Shown piece after piece: positions 26,380-36,329 of a DNA stretch of 64,000 bases (positions are counted from its first letter, which is position 1; every line of letters starts with the position of its first letter). The stretch is from contig JAYWIR010000032.1 in NCBI GenBank assembly GCA_036172245.1, positions 2,542,001 through 2,606,000 of the forward strand, in the 5' to 3' direction. Made by a program: the position numbers and the translations under genes. The notes under the pieces were generated by a model, which saw only the letters and a list, made by a program, of their open reading frames with translations, ran no database searches and was not told the DNA's origin. The DNA comes from Raillietiella orientalis (Eukaryota).

Positions 26380-27845
26380 CTAGCTCGTTAAAAAATACAC
26401 ATCACGGATTAGCGTTGAAGTAATGAAGGGCACTTGTTTTCTGCCATGCATGTGAGGTTTATCAGGGCAGCAGGATTCAAAGTCCAAGGCCACTTTTCTG
26501 CACACTATGGTCAGCATTGACAATAAATCCTTAGAGCAAGCATACTCCCGGAGCACATCACACAAAGCTTGGATAAACCATGCTCCTTGGTCAATATTCC
26601 TCCACGAGAAGTATCCTGGATGAAAATGACTGTGTAGGTATCATGGGTAGCCACAAAAAAGATTACCAGGCAAAGTGGAATATGCAATGAGCATATCAGC
26701 ATGGTTGGGAATTTTATAACTTGAGGCACTGCTGTCAGTCATTGTATACCCGGATCTTTGGATCATTAATGTTCCTTCTTGGAGCTGATCACCCTGACAT
26801 GCCTACTGTACAGTAAACAAAACAAACGAACACAGGCATCAAACCAACCTGGATGAAGAATAACTTGGGTTTGCCTGCTAGAGTACGACAGTTGTCAGTA
26901 AGGAATGGTGTCCACAGTTTTTCAGGCTTAAAAGGTCTGTCAAATGAATATAAGATACCTTCCTCCCCATGGCTTAGAAAACACATAACCAAACAATCTG
27001 AATTGCTATGATCTTCTTCAGCCACTTTATGCTCCAACAGTGCAAGAACAGCATTATTGAAATCATAACTTACAGTTATGAATGGTGTCAATCACTTTTT
27101 GATAAGGTAGATCTTTGAGAAGATCTACCTGAAAGCCTAGCATGGAAAAGGTTTGCAACAGATTTCCACCATCTGTTTCAGTACCATGCCTTGTAGACAA
27201 ATGGGACAAACGCCTATCAAAATGCTGATGATTAAAAATGACGCATCTTCCTCGATGAGGATGATTCATTTTGTAACAGGCAGCATCCCTTTCTACAGGC
27301 ATGATGGCACCATCTTCTGTAGGCAACCACCTAGCATAAGCTGGATCTTTATTTCCAAAACAACTGTACAAATTAATAATCATAAATATATTATTTGCAG
27401 GGAGTACAGGAGTGACAGTAAATGCACAGAATGTTAATTATAACACAGAAGTAACGAAACCTCGGGTGGGCACTGCTTACCATAAAATTTTCTTTAATCC
27501 CTTTGCATCTACAAGATCGGTACTCTTTTCTGTAGTGACATCGACAGTTGCAATCACGTTTGATTCTACGGTGTATGAAGTAGTATCATGCTTTGTATTA
27601 TATCGAGGTAATTCAATATTGGTGCGGCGTTCACTCTGAGGATTTTTTTCTAATAGTTCATTCACATTTTCACTATGTTTACTTTCTTCATCTGTTTCTG
27701 CTGATTCCCTCACATGTTGACAATCTCTACTTTCGGCATTTCTTTGTGCTACATCTTTTACATTGGTATTTACACAATCGTTTCCTATGGCATTCTCTGT
27801 CATCGAATCCGGGACGCTACCGGATGTTATCTTGTCTCCGTCCAT
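26380..27845 (-). CDS. Effector caspase (drICE/Dcp-1/caspase-1-like), 400 aa. Exons 27845-27481, 27363-27074, 27024-26849, 26802-26667, 26615-26380; probable non-coding first exon ending at 28079.
   Basis: MPVERDAACYKMNHPHRGRCVIFNH, catalytic FLSHG and GKPKLFFIQ|ACQG, linker TMTD/S, small subunit YKIPNHADMLIAYSTLPG|YFSWRN..GAWFIQALC...KQVPFITSTL. Exons sum to 1203 nt in frame. Confidence 0.95.
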
Positions 27846-30800
27846 CTCCAAAGTGCTTGTATTAGTTTTAAAAACCGCCAACTATTGAAAAATTCACTTG
27901 CAACCTTCGGCAGCAATGAACACTAGGACTCAACTCTGGTCAAAAAGTAATGCACTGTAGCTGACCAACATTTGGGCGTTTGGTTGCATTCACTTAAAGA
28001 AGTTTTTTTTTTTTTTTTTTCTTTCCCTTTGCGATGCCGGTTCTCTGTAGGTGATCACACGAAACAATCACTACTTACTCAGTTGTCGGTCGCAACTGCA
28101 TTCGAAATTTGCTTTTCCTTAGTGGCATTACGTGACACTCCCAAACACGCAACTTTCCCACCGGCTACTCTTCGTATGGCTGTCGCCATGGCACCGCTGC
28201 TCATCCCCGCTCTTGACCGAACACGAAAAGGATTGCGCTGATTGGATACAGATTGCCATGTTTGGCCGAGCCGGTTCGTGTGCAAGATTGCGGGGGTGTT
28301 GGAGTACGGTGACGACATCGTACAGAAATTTACACGTGGAAGTTGCGGAGAAGACTTCTTTATGCCACGTAATCTCTTCATGGGCGCTCGAGCTTTCGAA
28401 AACGTCCTGGCTGCCGGTCGATAACCGCAAAGTGCGTCGCAGCATTGCATGCCAAGTCGAGATAAAGTGTCCGTCTTTGAAGCTGCGAATGCATACTTAG
28501 GTGCACATGTAAACATCAGCCATAACGAATTCTCGCTTACTTGAATTGCAGATGCAAATGCCTTTAAAATGAATTTGCACCCTGAGCAAACATTAGGCAG
28601 GCCTTAGTAAAAACTTTCTTTTGATCTGTTTAACATATCTTCGTCTTTTTCTTTTTCTCTTTTTTCCTCTTCACGCGCAAACTGACAGTCGTTTCCGAAG
28701 AAAGGAGGAAAGCACTCGTGCGCCGAGGCATTCAAGTGAAGACACAGCGTGCGAAACAAGTAAATAAATATCATTAAAGAGCTTTATTTATTTTTCAGTT
28801 TTTTTTTGGTAGAAACAAGCTGGGGACATACGACTCGACAAAAGACGTAGCACATGGGCTGGGGTCATAGTTGGGGTCATAGAGCGCGCACAGGTTCTGG
28901 AACTGCTCTGTTCTTCAACGAATCTGCCTCGCCTCATCATCATCAGCTGTCTGGATTAACGCTAGGATTATTCGCGCTCATTAATCAAGAATGAGAGCCC
29001 TCCGTTGACCTCCTTGGTGCAGGGATGAATTTCTCCTCGCGCTGGGCAACTGTACACCCAGGGCAACTTCCTCTTCTGGCTGCTCCGCCGGCTCTCGTGG
29101 GACTGACACGCAGAGGTTCCGTATGCCGAGGTCCCCGGAGGCTCTTGCCTGCCCCGTCCCACCCGGCAGGGATGGAGTACCCATTGTGGGCCAGGTCTGC
29201 GAAAGTCGCGCTATTCATCCAGGTGCCTGGCAGCGGTGCCCAGCATGGCGTCCCGCCCACTGCGTTTCCCGGTTCCCGAGGAAGGTTCCCGCGTTTCTCC
29301 GGCCCGGAATTTGAACCCGTCGTGTGGGATTTCCGGAAAGCGAAACCCTGGTTGCAAATGAAGACTCCCGGAATCGGTGGGGATCCTCTGGCTCCTCCCG
29401 GGCGCTGGAAGCGGCCACCGAGGAGGGCGTCGGAGCGATGGGCATGCCGTTTCGTGTTCGCCCTACGCAATGGTGCCCCACGCGTCCCAGGATCGGTTCT
29501 CTGAAACGCGTCGTGCGCGGTCGCTCGAGCTTCCCGCCTTCACTCGAACGCTCGCAAGCGTGCGCACCAATGGTCATGGGACTCCCCTGGCTGCCTTCTC
29601 GCCGGCCGACGAAGCCTAACCCCAGTAGATCACCTCGAGCCGGCAAGGGGGACGGTGGGAAGCTTCCCCTGCAGGCTGAAAGTCACGGTCGGGGCGGGAA
29701 CCGCGGAGGCGCCCCTCGGCAGGAGGAGGGCGGAAAATTCGTCTTTCAAGCCCGCGGACCATCCAGGAAGACGCTGCTCCCGAAGCAGAGGAGTCCGCGA
29801 CCTCAGGTCAGCAAACTGCCATTGCCAGGAGCAGAGTGACGCCCCTCTGGAGAGCGTGCGCGCTGGAGCCGAGGCGCTGGGCGCGCTTCCCGAAAAGCGA
29901 GCGCCAAGAGGGGGCCCCTTCACGCTCATCCCCCTCCCACGGGGGCGTCCTCCGGAATTTCGTCCGAGAGACCCCCGTGACTTCTTCGTTGTCGCGGAAC
30001 GAGTCCCTCCGTGCCCCAGGCAGCCATACGTCCCAGGCGACCTCTTCCTCTTCTAGCTCCCCTGCCGGCTTTCCTTCGCGCGAAAGGATCCGCATTCATC
30101 TGTCTTCCTGGATACGGAGTTTTGCCGAGGAAGTCCCGTCCCACGAGACTGAAAGGGAGGTTCCATGCCATGCGCGACCCGCGAAAGCTTCCAGAAGCGC
30201 CGAGTTGCAGCTTTCGGAAGCCTCGGGTGGGGGAGGGACCGATTTCCCGGGAAGCTTCCGCGGTCCCGAGGAAGCAGCGCCCTCCTCCTTGAGCGAGCAG
30301 GAAGAACCCACATGTAGGGAGAGATGCGAGGGCAGGTCGCCGGAGGCCGGGGGCGACTCTTCATTGACGCCTTCCACCCGAGGAGCAGAGAATTCGTCTC
30401 CGGAGAAATCTCCTTCAGGGCACGTGGAAGCTGCCACGGGGTCCCCTGGCACCTCGTCTGCGCGGATGTCTCTCTTTCCTCATCATACGCACGCGGCTCG
30501 GGGTTTCCTTCCGGCGTCGCGTGTCAACGGAAGAGGAGGGGCGTTCCGTATGGGCACAGGAAGCAGCACAATGGCCTCTCAATCTACAGGCGTCAGGTCG
30601 GAGGAGCTTCCTGTCCGGACCCTGTCTGACCCCTTCTCTCCCTCCCCCGCATTCCCGATCCCTCCTCGGAGCCTTCTCGCCGGCGCCCAGTCGGCGCCGA
30701 GTCCTACGGCACGCGTGGACGCCGCGCAGCGAGAGGAGGAGACTCTGCCACTCTCGTGGCCTCTCACCCCCAGGAGGGCCACATCCCGTCCGTGAGCTCG

Positions 30801-32329
30801 CACGGTCCACCGAGCTATGGGGTCGGCCCCTGAAGGAAATGCGCAAACGGCACTACCATTTCGCGCGGCGGGAGAGGTCTCTCCTGTCCCCCATCGATTC
30901 CTTTTCAGTACGTCGAAACTTTTCCGGAGTCACTGCACTCCTCGCGTGTCCAGTGACCCCAGCAGGAGCCCTTCGGACAGGATCGGGGGCGCTGATCGGG
31001 AGGAGTCCATTCCTTAGCCTCGCGACGTGCATCCCTACCCTCCTCCTCTCCCCACGCGGGGCTCGTCTTGACGACGAGCATCCCAGCGCTCGTTGATGCC
31101 CATAGGTCCGACCTTCTCCTCCGAAGCCGTTCGTCTACCCCCTTTAGCACCTCCCTCTCCGTCCCCAACAGGATGCAGCCTTCCGTGATCTCAGCCCATC
31201 AGCAGCATCCGCCCGAGCCTGTCCGCTGCCGCCTTGGCAACCCTCCGGTCCACCTCGGCGGCCGCCTCGCTCCCGCCACCGCATGACCTGCTCAATCCAG
31301 CCCATTGAGGTGCGCGATTTCTCCATCCCCGATTCTCTCCAGCCTTGCAGCCTCCCAGCTCGACGACATACAGGCGCTTCTGACCAAAGGTCAGCGGCCT
31401 GTTGCGCACACTCAGAGGAATGCCCCTCTATGTGGCTGGTAGCGGACTCCCCTGGCTACTGTTCTTCATCTCGGCGGGTCCTGGGTTTCTCGCGCGTCCG
31501 CGGAGACCTCTCAGTAGCCGTCTTCCGCTCCTCCTGCACGGCGCAAGCAACCCGAGGATGTGAACCTAAAAGGAAAGCGGAGACGAGCGTGAAACTCGTC
31601 TTCCGGGCCACGCGGAAGCGGGACGACGCGGCAGAAGCCCCCCGGACGCCCTCGGCATCCTGCTCGGGGCGCAGGCGGGTTCCTCCTTGCAGAGCGTGGG
31701 AACACGGTGCCACTCCAGGGAGATGCTGGCCCACGGAGGGGACACTGCATGGCCTGACTCCTCTCGGCGTGGCTACATGCCTCCAGGGGGTCCGCAAGGC
31801 CACAGCGCTCGTCGCAGCAGTTGCCTTCGTGCCACGCACGAAGGGGCGGCGTCTCCGCGTTCTTCCCTGGCCTCCTCCCGAGGTCTTGGAGTCCGTCGCA
31901 ATGCATTTCGGCATCCCCCGCGGGCAAGAGGTGCGGGATGCAACAGAGAGTCGGAAGATTCGTTCTTCTCCGCTCCTGGAGCACTCCAAGCCAGCCTTCG
32001 CCCGAGCCAGCGGCGCGAGTGTGAGCTGCAACGCCGCCTGCGTCTTTTTCGAGGGAGGCTCAAAGCCGCCCGTCTGCACCGCGAGACCCTCGGAATTTGG
32101 CGGGGAGGTCCCCTGTGGTCGCGGAGAAATGCCGCCTTCTGACTGGGAGTGCCTTCGAGTAGCATCCCAGTGATCCTCTTTCTGCCGTGACCTCGCCGCC
32201 CACCTCCCTAGTGATAGGTTTTGGTCCACTCGTTTCGTAGGAAGCACGGCGCTGCATCAAGGGAAGCAACGGCATGCAGGCCGGATGCCAAAAAGTAGGG
32301 AACGTAGGGGGTGCAATCAATATATGAAA

Positions 32330-32760
32330 AAAGAAGGGAGGATGGAGACAGGGCAGTCTTTGGTTACAGACGTTCCTTTCTTCCTAAAAGACTCTCAAGA
32401 TGGTGGCGATCGAGCTGGAGACTTATTGTGGTAGATGAGGCCACCTTGAAACTGTCCTCATGAGGGCTGCTGCCATGCTGGCGGCCTCTTATTGCCGCAA
32501 ACCTGACTCCTGTACGTGGCAGGCCGTCACTACGGCGTGGATGCAGCAGATGGTTACGATCACAGCGCCCGTCTTCAGCCTGCCTCCGGTGAAGGAGCGT
32601 CGCAGCAAGTCCTGCGGTCGACGGAGTGCCGAAGCAAGTCTTCATCACAAGTTCTCGAGTTCAACAGAAGGTGAAGGAGCAGAATAGTTCGGGGAGGATC
32701 TTATCCGAAAACCAGGTGTCTCCTCTGATTGCACTGTGATCCCCAGTGTAGAAACAGCAG
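32330..32760 (-). mobile_element. C-terminal fragment of the Tx1-like family inserted inside copy B
   Basis: QDLLRRSFTGGRLKTGAVIVTICCIHAVV resembles ELLRRFFQAQGLPTAAMISTVGCIHAIV of the 61.6-62 kb copy. A/B colinearity resumes on both sides. Confidence 0.65.
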
Positions 32761-32889
32761 AAAATCCAGTTTCTAGCGGAGCAGGAACACGGGGAATGTA
32801 CATGCAAAGGGAAAGCACCACGAATTCCTCGGGGGTGCGCCAAATACGTCACTCCGCCAAAGGAGACCCTTTTCTTTTTTTTTTATTTG

Positions 32890-33131
32890 TCTCCGAAGGG
32901 GAACCCTGAAGGGAATCTCCTTCCTCATTCTCTCCGGAGGGACACCCCTTGGGAGGGGAGTGGTCCTCTCCATTTTTTCTTCTCCGAAGGGAACCCGGAA
33001 AGGATCCGCTTGTAGGAATTTCTTCTCTGGAGGAAACCCGCAAGGGAACCGCTCCTGTTCACTCCTCTGAAGAGAATCCCGAAAGGACGCTTCTGAAAAT
33101 CAGAAGGGGTGCTGCAGCTTCCCGCAGGGAA
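32890..33131. repeat. Repeat array in the 5' region of copy B, homologous to 21800-22005
   Basis: Same unit order as copy A. The 26-mer CTCCGAAGGGAACCCGGAAAGGATCC is identical at 21863-21888 and 32982-33007. Confidence 0.78.
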
Positions 33132-33487
33132 CCGCTCTCGCTTGCTTCCTTGTGCACACTCTGTGAAGAGGCGACGACTCGGAAGGTCCCCCCCGCAACA
33201 GGGGGGTCCGCTCCTTTGAACAACTAGGGAGGTTCCTGTGAGGGCTCCTGCTCCATCTTGAAACCGGAGGGGTCCCCCGGTGGGGGGATCCACTCTCCGT
33301 TGCACGACAGGAGGGGAAATCTCCACTCCTTGATTCCTGGGAGGACCCGAAGGTCGCCTCCCATTGTTCCGGCCTTCATCGGGGGCCTCCGGCTTAATCC
33401 ACCACCGGTGCCGCGCCTGAATGTCTCGGCCAGCCAGCGCCATTGCAGGAGAAACTCGGAACTCGACGACGCAATGGCGTCAGAGTT

Positions 33488-33562
33488 TCTGCCGAAGTAT
33501 TCGAACCCGCGTCGCATGGTGCCACACGCGGAAGCCTTAACCACAAGGCCTCCGACGAGGGC
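33488..33562 (-). promoter_or_regulatory. tRNA(His)-like head (Pol III A-box/B-box) at the 5' end of copy B
   Basis: Minus strand GCCCTCGTCGGAG-GCCT-TGTGGTTA-AGGC-T-TCCGC-GT[GTG]GC-ACCAT-GCGAC-GCGGG-TTCGAAT. Perfect D-stem GCCT/AGGC, T33-GTG-G37, and B box at canonical spacing. Confidence 0.72.
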
Positions 33563-33929
33563 CCTTTTCTCGGAAAGGAGGAGTGGCAGCAGTCACCAGA
33601 TCGCTATCGTGCAGCCGTCCAGGAGTGTTTTGGCTCCTGAAATATTGCAGAACTCCCATCCTGCCGGTCGGCTAATGTCGTTGCTTTCCCTGAGGGCAGA
33701 TAGAGCTGCAGCAAACGGTGTAACGGCTATTCGGGATTACTGCGCGCAATCCTGCAGGAGATATCCCAGTAGGAGACCCTGCAGCAGTTTGCAGTTCCTT
33801 TGGGCGCACTTCCAAGGTGATAGCTCAGGATTCCAGAGCCTCCTGCCGCCAGGTGTTCCAGTTAATGGAGAGGCAAGAGATCCACGGATGGGCTAGCAGT
33901 GACGAGGATAGAAGCCTCAGAGGGTAGCT

Positions 33930-34200
33930 GAATCCAGTCCACCGACGTAGGTTGCACGGCAGTAGCGAAAGAAGTCCGGTGGTGCCAAGACATCGCTGGC
34001 GTATGTGGCGTTCCGGAGCACACCGATGCGCGGATCACATTTACCCACACAGGAGAAGAAGTCGGAACTGCACTTGCAGTCCGATCTCGTCGATGGCTAG
34101 GATGCCCAAGCGAGCGTCTTGGCGCGGCTCCACCAAGTCTTTCAATCGGTTCCAGGACCTTCCGGCACCCCACAAGGCCTTGCGTAGGAGGCGCTGAGTT
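33930..34200 (-). mobile_element. Tx1-like family ORF2 internal fragment
   Basis: LLRKALWGAGRSWNRLKDLVEPRQDARLGILAIDEIGLQVQFR matches the family motif. Confidence 0.75.
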
Positions 34201-34399
34201 CAGAATGAGGAGTCAGGCAAACAAAAAATAAGGAGCAGAGGAAGGGGGCAACAAAAGTGCCGGAGCCGACCTCCATATGGAGTTCGGCTCCGGCAATGCG
34301 AAATTGCCACCGAGGAACGTGTTGAGAGCCATCTCTGTCTTTTGAAGACAGACTGACCAAAGTTCTGACGAGCAGAAGTCACCCGACTCGGTGGATCTC

Positions 34400-35060
34400 T
34401 TCCCACTGCATCGACACTTCTGTGTTCCCGCTTAGCTGGAAACAGCCTGTACAACTCTTCCTCTACTGTGGATTCCCGTAAAACGAGAGGCGGCACGGAG
34501 TCCCGGCAGGGGTGGCAACCCCCAACTATGCCAGGTGAGGGAAGGAGGAGTCGATCCCGCCGATTCAGTTTTCAGAATGCTGTGCCCTCCAGGAACTGTG
34601 GCATCAGCGATACTGCACCAGGAGGACACCATCCGAGATGTGTTGCGACAATTCTTCGCGCAGAGAGGACTCTCGACAAGCGCGGTGCCAGCAACAATCA
34701 GTTGCATCCGTGCTATCGTTTCGGCACGCCTTGTGCTCGAGGCAGCGAAGGGAGGTCACCGGGATGGCAGCCCCCTGCATGAAGACGGCGGCAAGGTGGC
34801 CTCACCAGCAATAAGAAGTTAAGAAGATTGCCGGCATCCAGCACCGGTTTGGGAAGTAAGGAATGTGACCCTTGTCCCTTGCCTGCCTTGTTTTTCTTCT
34901 CATTCCTCAGTTATGGAGTCAAAGGCCACTTCATAACTTTCTTGGATTTTTTGTTTTGACCCCGGTGCATACGGAAGGAGAAAAAGGATTCCTGCCCAAC
35001 CCACAGGATTTCCTTCCTTTTATTTTTTTTGCTGTCGTCCCCTTCTCTTCCCCCTTTTCG
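34400..35060 (+). mobile_element. Tx1-like family C-terminal / 3' UTR fragment
   Basis: EDTIRDVLRQFFAQRGLSTSAVPATISCIRAIVSARLVLE followed by a pyrimidine-rich tail. Confidence 0.7.
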
Positions 35061-36329
35061 GACTTTCCAATATCCCAACCCACTTGTCGATCGATCCATC
35101 ATTGAAATTCTGTCTTTGGCTGGGAACCAGCGTGTTCCCAACTGGTTTCCCTTTTTGAAATGGAATGAGATGGATGAGAAACTTTGAACAAGCCCGGGTT
35201 TGGCTTCAGAGGCAGGTCACGACCGAGTGCCTTGAGCATAAAAGAACGCAGGAATGCACTCGGAAGCGAAGGAAACGGCGGTTTCCTCGAAGGGGTGTCG
35301 GGACGTGTGTACCTTTCCTCCTCTTTCCTTCTACAGGCGTTGCGTTTTGCAAGACTTTCTGCCGCCTCCCGTCAGAAAGTCGGCAGATAACTGGAAGGTG
35401 CTTTGACACTGCTTGCGTTTCTCAACTGCTGCCTCTGTCCAGACGTGTCGCCGTTGGTGTTCGCAGAAAATGGGCATTCAGTCTGCTGCCTTGAAGCGGT
35501 CCGCACCAGAGACTTCCGCACCGGCCACTGCCTCGTCTCTGAAGGGCACGAGAACGCAGCAGCAAAGAGGTGAAAAGCCGGCGATTGGCTGGTGCCTACA
35601 GAGACTGCTACCCCAAGCCGTGGACGAAACTCGAAATCCTAGAGCCATTTTCATTCTGGTCTTCGGAAACTCTGGCACCGAAAAGACAGCGGTAAACTGC
35701 GATGGCTGGGTGACACGTGCAAAGAGAGAGCGGACTGGGGCCAGCGTAGACCTAGGATGTGTGCGTACGCTGTCGTTGGCCACATCCGGCCGCTTCCTCG
35801 CCTTTCCGCTACTGGTCACCCTTTTCTCGGCGGTCGCTCACGTGCGCGAGGTCAGGCGTACTGGCAAAGACATAGCGCGCAAAAAACGATCCTGGAGATC
35901 ACCAGATCAACAGCAAGGCAATGGATGTGTTCACAAGCTTGTCGATAAGAAAACGTGAAAATATGCAGATGCTTCCACGTAATGGTGGCCAGCACCCATA
36001 ATCTCAGTTTTTCAAACTGATCCACGAAGTGAAGTTTGAAAAAAGCTTCACAATTTCAAATTTTCACTTCACAGCCTTCTGGAAAGCCGCTTAAGATGAA
36101 TATTCGGCCTTCCTTTTTATGTTTCCGACTGTCTTCATGCACAAGACGTTTGGCGAATATCCTTAGGAGGACCATTCGAGCTGTTGCAATGAGAAGTACG
36201 ATCACGGCAATTTATACTACGATAAAACCCACAAATTAAAGATGTGGTGGCAATTCATTCATGTTATTATTTTTGTTTGGTCACGCTTGGGATTTACGGA
36301 TAAAAGAAGGTATCGTACACAGTGATACG

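Larger units (their letters stand above)
28780..33562 (-). mobile_element. Degenerate 5' part of an L1/Tx1-like LINE (copy B): tRNA-like head, repeat array, ORF1 with zinc knuckle, start of APE, A-rich end
   Basis: CCHC-like CPKGSCWGHWTREEC (~30940-30985) and APE-like GGLSFLI..DDDEARQ..LCALYDP (~28880-29005). Shared blocks with copy A include ACGGT(G)CCACTCCAGG..GATGCTGG (20925/31705) and CTGCA..CGAGACC (21543/32074). Confidence 0.6.

Noticed and set aside
33063..33110. Hammerhead ribozyme core CTGAAGA...GAAA (also ~21946-21965)
   Set aside because: Stems I-III cannot be formed consistently in both copies, and the motif is antisense to the element.
33488..33562. Functional tRNA-His genes (also 22312-22386)
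   Set aside because: Acceptor, anticodon and T stems do not pair; only the D-arm, boxes and spacing are retained.
35160..36250. ORFs of 110-180 aa
   Set aside because: No recognisable motifs or splice-consistent structure.
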